Shown: piece by piece, positions 23,800-35,570 of the stretch
Layout of the letters: each line of letters starts with the position of its first letter
Numbering within the stretch: position 1 is the first letter of the stretch
Assembly: GCA_038087875.1 (NCBI GenBank)
Contig: CM075991.1
Span: 7,566,001 to 7,630,000 of the forward strand
Reading direction: 5' to 3'
Origin: Malacoraja senta
Lineage: Eukaryota
DNA: 64,000 nt
Notes under the pieces: model-generated
What the model was told of the DNA's origin: nothing
Database searches by the model: none
What the model saw: only the letters and a program-made list of their open reading frames with translations
Made by a program: the position numbers and the translations under genes

Positions 23800-24203
23800 T
23801 GAATAGTGAAAGGCTTGGGTAGAGTGGATGTGGAGAGGATGTCTCCACTGGTGTGAGAGTCCGGGACTAGAGGTCATAGCCTCAGAATTAAATAACCTTC
23901 CTTTAGGAATACCTTCCTTTAGGAATGTCTTTAGTCAGAGGGTGGTGAATCAGTGAAATTCATTTGGCCACAGAAGGCTGTCGAGGCCAAGTCAATGGAT
24001 ATTTTTTAGACAGAGGTAGATAGATTCTAGGCAGAGGTAGATAGATTTAGGCAGAGGTAGATAGATACGAGTCTCAGAGGTTATGGGGAGAAGGCAGGAG
24101 AATGGGGTTAAGAGGGAAAGATAGATCAGCCATGGTTCAATGGCAAAGTAGACTTGATGGGCCGAATGGCCTAATTCTGCTCCTATTGCTTATGACCTTA
24201 TGA
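23800..24203 (+). mobile_element. CR1 LINE 3' end with internal tandem duplications
   Basis: Homologous to 62115-62565; 3x cagaggtagatagat at ~24010-24067. Confidence 0.85.
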
Positions 24204-24489
24204 TGTCCGTGCTCAACATGATACCAGAATGCTGTTTAGGAGGGGTTTTTCCCCCCAATTAATTATAATAACACAGTGGCCATGACAATTACAAACTCAA
24301 CAAAATCATTGCGCAACATGGGCTAAATTCAAAATGTCATGGAACATTGTTGCACATATGTACATGGAATAGTTCAGCCCAGGAGCAGGCCCTTCGGCCC
24401 ACAACAATGGCACGTCAAACTAATCCCATCAAGTCAAGTCAAGTTTTAAAGTGCAGTGAATTGAATTTGCCAGCAGCGGTACAATAAAG

Positions 24490-24875
24490 TCATAAGTAAT
24501 AGGAGCAGAATTAGGCCGTTCGGCCCATCAAGTCTACTCCGCCATTCAATCATGGCTGATCTATCTTTCCCTCCTCACCCCATTCTCCTACCTTCTCCCC
24601 ATAACCCCTGACAGCCGTACTAATCAAGAATTATGAACCAAGAGGTACAACGTATTTGTATGTGATCCATATCCCTCCATTCCCTGCATATCCACATGCC
24701 TATCTAAAAGCCTCTTAAACTACCAACGCCCTGGCAGCATGTTCCAGGCACCCACCTCCCTCTGTGCAACAAAACATGCCCTGCACAGCTCCATAATACT
24801 TTACCCCTCCTATCTTAAAGTTATGCCCTGTCATCTTTGGCATTTCCACCCTGCGTAAAAGGTTCTGAGTGTCTC
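24490..24875 (-). mobile_element. Two CR1 3' fragments
   Basis: gcagaattaggccgttcggcccatc tail; gcagcatgttccaggcacccacc. Confidence 0.75.
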
Positions 24876-25187
24876 TAACGGGGTGACCAGAACCACACAC
24901 CAAATGCGACCAAACCTTACGCAAAATCCAAATTCTGTGAGGTTGTATCTAACAGTGGATTTCAAACAGGATGAGCATCTTTTCCTCACACAGGATAGGA
25001 CTGATGGGTGCCCTGACAGAGTTGAAGTAGCGACTATTTGAATGTTTGACTGAAAAATGAATCAAATGTACAAAATATTCAGCAATAAATCCACCAGGAG
25101 GTCTGCTTATCCAAAGAGTAGATGGGATCTGAGGTTTGCCACCACAAATCACATTTCACAAATCTTCTATCCTGATCTCACACCTTT

Positions 25188-25506
25188 TTGGTTTAGTTTA
25201 GAGATACAGCGTGGAAACAGGCCCTTCGGCCCACCAAGTCCGCCCTGACCAGCGATGCCCGCACACCAACACTATCCTACACCCACTAGGGACAATTTAC
25301 ACATACACCAAGCCAATTAACCTACAAACCTGTACGTCTTTGGGGTGTGGGAGGAAACCGAAGATCTCAGAGAAAACCCACGCATTCACGGGGAGAGGGT
25401 ACAAACTCCGTACGGACAGCACCCGTAGTCGGGATCGAACCCGGGTCTCCGGAACTGCAAGCACTGTAAGGCAGCAACTCTACCGCTGCGCCACCGTGTT
25501 GCCCGG
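25188..25506 (-). mobile_element. HE1-type V-SINE, CpG-rich (young)
   Basis: Full head (ctaccgctgcgccaccgtgttgccc), B box, V domain and tail. Confidence 0.9.
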
Positions 25507-25554
25507 TCTACTCAAATCTGGCCTTTATCCAAACATCTACATATGAAAACTCCC

Positions 25555-25750
25555 CTTCCCAGTATCTACCCAGCGCTTGCCAGGCTTTGTCCTGCCCAAC
25601 CTCTCTTCCAGCTTTCAGCCTCTCCCCCCCCACCACCCCTCCCCCCCCAATCAGTCTGAAGAAAGATCATAACCTGAAATGTCCCCTATCCATGTTCTCC
25701 AGAGATGCTGCCTGACCCGCTGAGTTACCCCAGCACTTTGTGCCTTCCTT
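25555..25750 (+). mobile_element. PLE 3' end with decayed hammerhead
   Basis: C-rich UTR then tcagtctgaagaaagatcataacctgaaatgtc. Confidence 0.7.
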
Positions 25751-26126
25751 TCCATATAAATGTTTGTTATTACTTAATTTTCAATCTACTTACCAGTAGA
25801 TTGAAAATTACTGAATCCATTACTGAAAATTACTGAAAATTACCAATCTGCCCTCTTTGTATTCAATCCCGCAAGAAAAAATTAAATCGCCAGCCACCCG
25901 GATCTGAAGATTAAAATATAATTAAATTTAAATATTTGAAGTGAAACATTATTTCGACAGTAGCATTCTGATAATCTACCTGGTGAAATTGTGACCACTT
26001 GCTTTTGGTACTCAAGTTACAAATTTGGGACAAGAGCCAAGTGTTGGAACTCTTCCTGCGGATTCTTGCACGAAGTTGTTTAAATTATTCTGTATTGGCA
26101 ATGATCAAAGTAATATGCTGATGTGA

Positions 26127-26326
26127 NNNNNNNNNNNNNNNNNNNNNNNNNNNNNNNNNNNNNNNNNNNNNNNNNNNNNNNNNNNNNNNNNNNNNNNNNN
26201 NNNNNNNNNNNNNNNNNNNNNNNNNNNNNNNNNNNNNNNNNNNNNNNNNNNNNNNNNNNNNNNNNNNNNNNNNNNNNNNNNNNNNNNNNNNNNNNNNNNN
26301 NNNNNNNNNNNNNNNNNNNNNNNNNN
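26127..26326. other. Assembly gap (200 N)
   Basis: Run of N. Confidence 1.
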
Positions 26327-26639
26327 TAACAATTTGATATCATCACTGAAATGGATGCTGAGAAATGCCTTGCAGTTGAAGTCAGAAATGACGCAAGTAT
26401 TGTCTGCAGCACACAATAGGGCAAAAGCAGGATTTATATTTATTTGCATTTACTGGAGAAGAAATGATGGATGCTTGAGTTAGATGTTTATTTAGCATAA
26501 ACACAGAAACATGGATATGTTCCAGGAAGATCATTTTGCGAGTTCAAAGCACTTGAAGCAGCAATGTTTTGTGGATAGCTTCCATCTATCAGAAGTCTTG
26601 AGTTTAAGTCCTTTGCTAGGGAACTGAGGTCAAACAGAG

Positions 26640-26800
26640 GGGCTGACATTCCAGTGCAGTACTGAGGGTATGCTACTCAGATGCAAGTGCTGAGTTTAGA
26701 TATTAATCTGAAGCTTTGTCTGTTTGCTTCACTGGGCCTAAAAAAATTCCATTGTAGTTCTCTGGGGGAAAATGGGTCTTGTACCTGATCTAAATCTTAT
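26640..26800 (+). mobile_element. Old Deu-domain SINE remnant (SacSINE1/AmnSINE1-like)
   Basis: ggctgacattccagtgcagtactgagggtatgct resembles the remembered DeuSINE consensus. Confidence 0.55.
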
Positions 26801-27129
26801 CCTTTATAGAACTGCAGATGCGGGCTAACAAACAAAAGGACACAATGTGCTGGAGTTACTCAGCAGGTCAGGCAGCATCCCTGGAGAACATAGATAGGTG
26901 ACGTCACCTATCCATGTTCTGCAGGGTTGCTGCCTGACCTGCTGAGTTAATCCATGTCTTTCTTTCCATATCAATGTTTGTTGTTATTAATTAGTTTTAA
27001 ATTCTACCTGCCAGTGAACTCCCTGGCCTGTTTGTATTCAATTCCACAAGCAAAAAAATTAAACCGCCAGCCATCCAACTCTGAAGATTAAAATGTAATT
27101 AAGTTTAAATATCTGAAGTCAATATGTGT

Positions 27130-27520
27130 CATATGACGTGTGTCATTGTCGATGGCGCCACCACTCTGGAGCCTGTGGGCTTCGGGAGCCGCGGTCTCCG
27201 GTTGGAAGCGGCCGATTTGGAAACTCCAAGTCGTTGAGAGTGTTCTTCCGACGCCGGAATACCAACATCCGGCGAGAGGGCCTGAAACATCGGGCCGTCC
27301 GTAGCGGCGACTGCGGAGGCCTCACAAAGGCCCCGACCACGGGTGAACAAGAGGAAGAGGACTGAACTTGTATTGCCTTCCCTCACAGTGGGAAACTTTG
27401 ATGGGGATGTTTTATGTTAAATTCTATAGTGTTGTGTTTAACTTATTTGTGTGTTGCATGGTAACTCAAATTTCACTGCACCAATTGGTGTATGGGACAA
27501 TAAATGTCCTTTGTCCTTTG
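27130..27520 (+). mobile_element. GC-rich non-autonomous family member
   Basis: gaggaagaggactgaacttgtattgccttccctcacagtggga; tail tttcactgcaccaattggtgtatgggacaataaa. Confidence 0.55.
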
Positions 27521-28004
27521 TGTCTACCTATCGCCCACCAGCCCCTGTCTCACCCCTCCCTCTCACTTCTTTACACTATCCATCTTCCCTCCACACATTC
27601 AGTCCTGACGCATGGCCTTGACCTGAAATGTCGACCATATGTTTTTCTCCACAGAAACTGCTTGACCCACTGGGTTCTTCCAGAAGTTATTTATTTGTTT
27701 GCTCCAGATTCCCGCATCTGCAGTCTCGTGTGCCTACAGTGGGAGCCCAGCATTATCGCCATTGCTGTACCTCTGCTGGCAGATTTAAATAGAAGCTCTC
27801 ACTGCTTTTTACGGTGAAGCTGAAGACCCCCAGGGATCAGGACGTTTGACTTCTTCTGAACCTGATAACGCAAGAAAAGGTTGATTGGATATTTATTTTT
27901 ACAACTTGTTGAAATTTTGCCACATGTAAAATGATTTCCCATGCATGAGACCTAACGGCAGTCACCACACTCCTGATTAACTTCACCATGTGAATGCTAT
28001 TGTG

Positions 28005-28595
28005 TGATAAGGTGAGGCTGGAAAGGGTACAGAGAAGATTTACGAGGATTTTGCCAGGACTAGAGGGTCTGAGTTATAGAGAGAGGTTGAGTAGGCTGGG
28101 ACTCTATTCCTTGGAGGGCAGGAGGATGAGGGGTGATCTTACAGAGGTGTATAAAATCATGAGAAGAAAAGATCGGGTTTCTTGCCCAGAGTAGGTGAAT
28201 CGAGGACCAGAGGACATAGGTTTAAGGTGAAGGGAAAAAGATTTAATAGGAATCTGAGGGATAACTTTTTCATACAAAGAGTGGTGTGTGTATGGAACAA
28301 GCTGCCAGAGGAGGTAGTTGAGGCTGGGACTATCCCAACGTTTAAGAACAGTTAGTCAAATACATTGGTACACAAAAATGCTGGAGAAACTCAGCGGATG
28401 CAGCAGCATCTATGGAGCGAAGGAGATAGGCAACTTTTCGGGCCGAAACCCTTCTTCAGACTGTCAAATACATAGATAGGACAGTTTGGAGGGATATGGA
28501 CCAAACTCGGGCAAGGTGGGACTAGGGTAGCTGGGACATGTTGGCCGGTGTGGGCAAGTTGGGCCGAAGGGCCAGTTTGCACGCTGTATGACTCT
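28005..28595 (+). mobile_element. CR1 LINE 3' end with nested PLE module (28366-28462, minus)
   Basis: LERVQRRFTRILPGLEGLSYRERLSRLGLYSLE; PLE flanked by gtcaaatacat at 28355-28365 and 28463-28473. Confidence 0.9.
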
Positions 28596-29054
28596 AAGGA
28601 GCTGTATAGAATTTTTTTTTGGTTTTAACTTCATTGCTGGTGTCTGTCCCCTGCCTGTTTCGATCAGTTTTGCAGGAACTTGTTTCCTTGTCAACTCTAT
28701 TCTCAACTCCTGACGCCACAACTTGTGAGTGATATAAGGCAAAAGTAGTGAACTAGACAGTGCTGACATGGTCAGATCTGTCATGTTATTTGATGACCCA
28801 GTTCATGCAACACATTCCCCATCGGACTTCCTGCCTCTTATTCTCCAAGAACACATTCATATTCCTGACTGAATCTTGCTGACGATCCTCGGAGTTCAAC
28901 GAACAAAGAAGAGTTATAGTCATTACCGGCTGTCCTGGTTGATCGTTTTGGATCTTGCTGCATCTGTATTTGAGTGGATAAAAATACAGTGGGAATTGTA
29001 AATTCTGCCTCACACTGGAGTACAGCGCACTCATCACTTCCCCAAAAAGCCTCG

Positions 29055-29470
29055 TAGAAACATTGAAACATAGAAAATAGGTGCAGGAGGAGGCCATTCG
29101 GCCTTTCGAGCCAGCACCGCCATTCATTGTGATCATGGCTGATCATCCCTATCAATAACCCGTGCCTGCCTTCTCCCCATATCCCTTGAGTCCACTAGCC
29201 CTTAGAGCTCTATCTAACTCTCTCTTAAATCCATCCATCCCTTTGTGGCAGGGAATTCCACAAATTCACAACTCTCGGGGGGAAAACGTTTTTTTCTCAC
29301 CTCAGTCTTAAATGGCCTCCCCTTAATTCTAAGACTGTGGCCCCTGGTTCTGGACTTGCCCAACATTGGGAACATTTTTCCTGCATCTAGCTTGTCCAGT
29401 CCTTTTATAATTTTATATGTTTCTATAAGATCCCCCCTCATCCTTCTAAACTCCAGTGAATACAAGCCTG
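29055..29470 (-). mobile_element. CR1 LINE 3' end
   Basis: GLYSLEFRRMRGDLIETYKIIKGLDKLDAGKMFPML. Confidence 0.92.
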
Positions 29471-29784
29471 TCGTAATGTGTTGTGTTGTGTTGCCAGCAT
29501 TCACAGTCTTCTCAAAAATTACGAATTGTGCCTTAAAATATACGGAGGCAATCCGGTGCATTCAGGATATTCGCTGCAGATGAGAGGTAAAAGTTGCAGC
29601 ATGTTTTGCCAAGCTATCAAAACTATCCCAGCCTAAAATTCCCCAATGGAATACCGACCAAATGTTTCCCGGTAATTTTCCCTTGCCTCTTTCAAAGAAG
29701 AATTAATCTTTTCAAAGTGGGTTTCGATCAAATAGAAGATGGCTAAAAACGTATACATTGTAGTAACACTAGTGGTGGTACTGT

Positions 29785-30085
29785 TTGTTTAGTTTGGTTT
29801 GGAGAAACAGTCCCTTCAGCCCACCGAGTCCACGCCGAACAGCGATCACCACATGCACTGGCAGTATCCTTCACAATTGGGACAATTTATAATTTTGCCA
29901 AAGCCAGTCAAGCTACAAACCTGTACGTCTTTGGAGTGTGGAAGGAAACCAGAGCACCCGAAGAAAACCCACAATGTCATGGGGAGAGTGTAAAAACTCC
30001 GTACAGACAGCACCTTTAGCCAGGATCGACCCGGGTCTCTGGCGCTGTCAGGAAACAAGTCTACCGCTGCCCCACTGTACCACCC
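29785..30085 (-). mobile_element. HE1-type V-SINE
   Basis: Reverse complement of SINE unit. Confidence 0.85.
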
Positions 30086-30518
30086 TAGTGAGAAGATAGT
30101 TTCAACTTACAGAACTATATTGTAAACTGGACAGAGTAATGGTGGCTGATATTTAACCCTAATAAGTCCAGTTATGAAACTTTGGGAGATTGAATAATAA
30201 TAGAACATTCACCAGAAATGGGAAGGCCAAATAAAGTTTTGAGGAATAAGAGGGGTTATAAAGCTATAGATGGCCTACTGAGTCGACACCAACCATCAAG
30301 CACGCATTTACCCTCACCCTATGACAACCCCATGTATTTTCTCATATTTCCACCAATTCGGTCCACTCCAACTTCTATTACTCACTGGCTTCAGGAGCAA
30401 CTTACAGTGGCCAACTAGCCGACCACCCCACATATCTTTGGGATGTAGATTGACATTGGGGCTGCTGGAAGAAACCAGTGCAGTCGCAAGGAGAGAAGGA
30501 ATAGGTGACGTTTTCAGT

Positions 30519-30546
30519 CTGAAGAAGGGTCTCGACCCGAAACGTC
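30519..30546 (+). ncRNA. Intact minimal hammerhead motif preceded by a short inverted arm
   Basis: CTGAAGA-A-GGGT(CTCG)ACCC-GAAAC-GTC in module 30490-30648. Confidence 0.78.
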
Positions 30547-31399
30547 ACCCATTCATTCTCTCCATAGATGCTGCCTCACCCGCTCAGTGACCCCAGCATT
30601 TTGCGTCTGCCTTCGATTTTATCCAGCATCTGCAGTTCTTTCTCACACAGTCAGAAGGAGAACATGCAAACCACACTTTTAGTGTCAGAGGTAGGAGGTT
30701 GCAGGTCACCTCGACCTCAGATCATGACAGAAGCCCCTCGTGGCACTCCCCAGAAACGACAACACCATGCACTCTGTGACACGTCGGGCAACCAATTCTG
30801 TCAACATGTTGGACGACAGCGAACTATGCGTCGTCTGGCCCATGGGCGAACGAAGTGCCAGAGGCCAGAATCACACTCGGGTCACTGGAGCTGTGAGGCA
30901 CCAGTACTATCAGTCACACCAATAGGCGGGACTCAATTAGAGAAAGGTTCTGGTCTCCATGCTCTTTGAAGAAGAGATGTCTGCAGCAGAAGGGTGGCAA
31001 CATGGCGATATCACCATGGAAACTCACCCCACTAGTTGTTCCTGTGCCCTGGTGGCTGATGGATACTGCTGGTCTATTAGCCACTGACAGCGATGAGGAG
31101 TACTTCCCTAATCTGCAAAACGTGAGAAATGAGAGGACTCCAACTGTGCTATTGTGGGTCTGCTCCAGCATTCACATAATCATGGGCATATTTCCAGGGA
31201 GATATATTTCCAGCAGAGTATGGCATTGATTGGAAGTTATTTGTGTCGCTGTGTGACGGCTGCCCTTCAATCAAGATGGAGCAAGACTAGGCTTCTCTTC
31301 AAGATGGGGAGCAAGGTTGACAATTTGTTTCCTTCCATTTTACGCACAAAAACATACTGCAGGCTTGGCGTCACTATGGACTGCAGTGAAGTTCAGTTA

Positions 31400-31789
31400 A
31401 GCCCCTGTCCCACTTAGGAGACCTAAACAGCAACCTCTGGTGACCTTGCCCGCCACCCAAGGTTTCCATGAGGTCACCGGAGGTTTTGGTCACTCTCCCT
31501 AATGGTCGAAAGTGGTTTCCGCGTGGTCGAGCCTTCATCTCGGTTGCTGCTATTTTTTCATCATGTTTAAAACCGGCCTCGACTAAAAATAGGTCGCCGT
31601 TTTAAATATCGATAATTTTTTAGTCGCAGGTCTAGTCGAAGCCAGTTTTCTTCATAGTCGAGGAAGGTTTTCAACACATGCGTGGGAGGTGGTAGGAGGT
31701 TGCAGGTCACCTCGACCTTGATTTTTTTTTGGGTGGCGGGCAATGTCACCAGAGGTTGCTGTTTAGGTCTCCTAAGTGGGACAGGGGCT
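31400..31789. mobile_element. PIF/Harbinger-type MITE, 390 bp, near-identical to 11430-11819
   Basis: ~60-bp TIRs agcccctgtcccacttaggagacc...gcccgccaccca; left flank TTA, right flank TAC. Confidence 0.85.
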
Positions 31790-31792
31790 TAC

Positions 31793-32135
31793 AGTCGTCG
31801 TGGCTATCCCTCGAGGTTGAGGATGATGGTCCATGTTCTGTTGTTTTTATGGACTCTCAGATGGCTTATGTTCAATCCTGGCTTTGAAAGTTCTTCGACA
31901 TTCAGGGAGAAGTTTTGTGCTGTTCACAGAACGAAGATGCCCGTGCGTGTGTTTGTATAACGTGTACTTGATGTTGCACTCCAAGAAGCGCATGGTCCTT
32001 CACAAATCAATCAACTAATTCCAATGGCAAATGAACCAAGATGATTGGAGCTGATAGATCTCTTGCAGCCTTCATCCACCTTCACAGCTGTTGAGTTCAA
32101 GATAACTTTGTCCGCCTGGTCCGCCAGTACTTGGC
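31793..32135 (-). mobile_element. Probable RTE-derived non-autonomous element
   Basis: Minus 3' end ccatcatcctcaacctcgagggatagccacgacgac resembles RTE termini; body non-coding. From memory only. Confidence 0.4.
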
Positions 32136-32156
32136 GAGGGGATGATAATGTTAGGG

Positions 32157-32290
32157 GTGTAGGAAGAAACTGCAGATGCTGGTTTAAACTGAAGATAGAC
32201 ACAAAATGCTGGAGTAACTCAGCAGGACAGGCAGCATCTCTGGAGAGAAGGAATGGGTGAGGTTTCGGTTCGAAGCCCTTCTTCAGATTG
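32157..32290 (-). mobile_element. PLE terminal module
   Basis: Reverse complement of module; hammerhead mutated. Confidence 0.8.
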
Positions 32291-32604
32291 ATATTAGGAG
32301 TGCTTAGAACCAAGTCAATTAAAGTTCCACTATTTTTTCAGCTTCATTTAATAACAAGATGAAACCTATATCTTCAGAGCTGTTCAGGTTAACTCAAGAA
32401 ACCTGACTTGTCCCTGTCAGATGGTGCAGATTCAAGAGAAATCGCCTCTACATGCCGACTTTGAAGGAGTTCTCCTCTCTCTGACAGGAGTTCCTTGAGA
32501 CCCTCACTGCTCCCCCTCCGTGATTCCTGTTCCCCCCCAGTTGATATTCTGTTGTGCATTTGCACAATTCCAGAGATACCTTTGCAGCTATAGCAGAAGA
32601 TGCT

Positions 32605-33485
32605 ATCGTCCCGTTACTGTTTGTCATCTACATCAATGATTTGGATGAGAACATACCCTTGAAGGGTCTCGACTCGAAATGTCACCCATTCCTTCTCTCA
32701 GAGATGCTGACTGTCCCGCTGAGTTACTCCAGCTATTTGTGTCCATCTTCGGTTTAAATCAGCATTTGCAGTTCCTTCTTACACATTAGGAGTACAGGTG
32801 CATGGTTCCTTGAAGGTCGAGTCGCAGGTAGATACGTTGGTCAAAAAGGCTTTTGGCACTTTGGCCTTCATCAGTCAGAGTATTGAGTATAGAAGTTGGG
32901 AGGTCATGTTGCAGTTGTATAAGATGTTGGTGAGACCGCATTTAGAATATTGTGTTCAGTTCTGGGCACCATGTTATAGGAAAGATATTGTCAAGCTTGA
33001 AAGGGTTCAGAAAAGATTTACGAGGATGTTGACAGAACTAGAGGGTGTGAGCTATAGGGAGAGGTTGAGTAGACTGGGTCTCTATTCCATGGAGCACAGG
33101 GTGATGAGGAGGGATCTTATAGAGGTGTACAAAATCATGAGAGGAATAGATCGGATAGATCCTTGCCCAGAGTAGGGGAATCGAGGACCAGAGGACGCAG
33201 GTTCAAGGTGAATGGGAAAACATTTAATAGGAATCCGAGGGGTAACTTTTTCATACAAAGGGTGGTGGGTGTATGGAATAAGCTGCCAGAGGAGGTCGTT
33301 GAGGCTGGGACTATCCCTTAGTTTCAGAAACAGTGAGACAGGTACGTGGGTAGGCCAGGTTTGGAGGGATATGGACCAAGCGCGTGCAAGTGGGACTGGG
33401 GTAGCTGGGACATGTTGGCCGGTGTGGACAAGTTAGGTCGAAGGGCCCCTCTCCACACTGTATCACTCTATGACTATGACTCTAT
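32605..33485 (+). mobile_element. CR1 LINE 3' portion with nested PLE module (32660-32785)
   Basis: PLLFVIYINDLDEN; LYKMLVRPHLEYCVQFWAPCYRKDIVKLERVQKRFTRM; (ctatga)n end. Confidence 0.92.
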
Positions 33486-34516
33486 GCTAGCAGTAGCTAA
33501 TGCTGGACTGATTCCTTGAAGAAGAAAACAGTGCCAATCTTCCAGGTCAACAATCTTTCATCAGAACAAAAAAAGCAGCAAAGATTTTGAGACCGAGAGA
33601 AAAGCAGGAGCGGGGATAGAAGGACGGGTTGTTATTGTACAGAGGGCAGGAGAGGTTAGATGACAAAACCGGTGATGGGGGCAGACATCAATAGCATTTC
33701 CGGCTCCTGCAATTTCTTCTCTATGGTACCATTGAGAAGAGAGCGTGGCTGCGATGGTGCGGATCTTTCATGGTATTAGCTAGCTTTACGAAGCCGCATT
33801 TCATGTAGATCCTTTTGATGGTGGAGAGGTGAGCACTCCTGAAGGACTGGGCAATATCCACTACTTTTGGTACCGTGCTGTGGCATTGTCCACCATACCC
33901 TTCAAATGGTGGAGAGAAGAATATCTAGGGAGCCTGGACTGGAGTGGGGTACCTGGGATGGGGGGGGGGGGGGGGGGTCAAATTACCATGAGAAGCAACC
34001 ATCCATTCGGAAAAGCGAAAGCAGATTGTCCCAGGATGTGTGATATGGACGTGGATATGGATGTGGTGCGAGTGTCACGTACTCGCTGTAGGCTGGCAAG
34101 CTTGCTGTCTGATGAAAAGCTCTGGGTTCAAACATAGAGCCTGAGAGCCACATGTCTTTCTGTCACTTCCTGAAAGCACCAAGTCCCAGCCACAGCTCCT
34201 GCTCTCTTGCAAGAGGAGGCGGAGGTGGGTTTCAGTGACATGACTGCAGTGTGAGGTTAAACACTTTGTAAGTCAGTAGCAGCTGTTTGGAATGATCGGG
34301 GAGAAGGATGGGGGCATGAGGTTCTGGACAAAAATGACCCTCACTTTCCCAGTGCCAAGTGATCCAGCGTGGGCATATGGCTTGATTAGTGCCCAATCCA
34401 TGCTTAACAGTGGCTTTGAGCAAAACCCCCAGATGTATTGAGCATTGGTCTGGTAGAGGAACGAGTGTTGATCTTGGATAATCCTAAAAATTACCTCGCT
34501 TGGCCACTGCTTTCTC

Positions 34517-34710
34517 AGTTTAGTTTATTGTCATGTGTACAGAGGTGCAGTGAGAAGCTTTTGTTGGAGTCAGTGATGTGGAATCTGGTCTGTGTGATGG
34601 ACTGAGCCACGTCTCCAACTCTGCAATTTCTTGCAGTCTTGGGCCGAGTTGATCGCAAACCGGGCTGCGATGCAACCTGCCAGTCTGCTTTCTGTGGAGC
34701 ATAAAAGATG
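34517..34710 (-). mobile_element. Rex1/Babar-like fragments
   Basis: LAGCIAARFAINSAQDCKKLQ plus stem-loop tail. Confidence 0.65.
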
Positions 34711-34826
34711 GCCGCAGCCTTTCAGACTGAGTACTGGCCGAGTCCCGCGCAGGTCCCGCGTCACCGTCCTCCGATCCGATGGTGTTTCCAATGTACCGCT
34801 CGCCCGTGACATTCCCGGCAGGCAAC

Positions 34827-34980
34827 GATGCAGGCAGGGATGCAGGCATGGATGCATGGTTAGATGCAAGCATGGATACAAGCATGGATGCAGGCAGGGA
34901 TGCAGGCATGGGTACAGGCATGGATGCAGGCAGGGATACAGGTAGAGCTGCAGGCAGGGATGCAGAGAGGGATGCGCGGG
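34827..34980. repeat. 12-bp minisatellite (gatgcaggcakg)n, about 13 units
   Basis: gatgcaggcagg gatgcaggcatg gatgcatggtta gatgcaagcatg ... Confidence 0.9.
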
Positions 34981-35159
34981 ATCTTTCTGCCATCGGTCCC
35001 TGGCCTCCTCTGTGAATGAAGCCCTGCCTGCAGGCCCTCTCTCTCGAGCATCGCTGGTCTTTCTGCTGCCACAGCTGAACCACAAACGACCACACGGTCT
35101 TCACCTTGCCAAAAAGAAAATAACTCGTTTACAGTCCCAGCTCTGGAACTCCACGTGGC

Positions 35160-35570
35160 TCCACAAAGAGTGGCGGGTGTGTGGAACAAGCTGCCGGAGG
35201 AGGTATTTGAGGCAGTACTATCACAACGTTGAAGAAACATTTAGACAGGAACATGAATAGGACAGGTTTGGAGGGATATGGGCCAAATGCAGCCAGGAGG
35301 GACTAGGTTAGATGGGACATGTTGTGGGCAATTTGGGCCAAAGGGCCTGTTTCCACAGTATAAGTCTATGATTCTATGACTCTATGAATCTATGCCAAGT
35401 CAATGGATATTTTTAAGGCAGAGATAGATAGATTCTTGATTAATATGGGTCAGGGGTTATGGGGAGAAGGCAGGAGAATGGGGTTAGGAGGGAGAAATAG
35501 ATCAGCCATGATTGAATGGTGGAATAGACTTGATGGGCCGAATGGCCTAATTCTGCTCCTATTGCTGATT
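35160..35570 (+). mobile_element. Two consecutive CR1 3' ends
   Basis: tggaacaagctgccggaggagg to (ctatga)n, then gccaagtcaatggatatttttaaggc to aattctgctcct. Confidence 0.85.

Noticed and set aside
26080..26449. ORFs spanning N runs (also 59935-60280)
   Set aside because: Artefacts of assembly gaps.
30966..31229. ORF containing ATDSDEEYFPNLQ as a possible exon
   Set aside because: No recognisable homology or clear splice signals.
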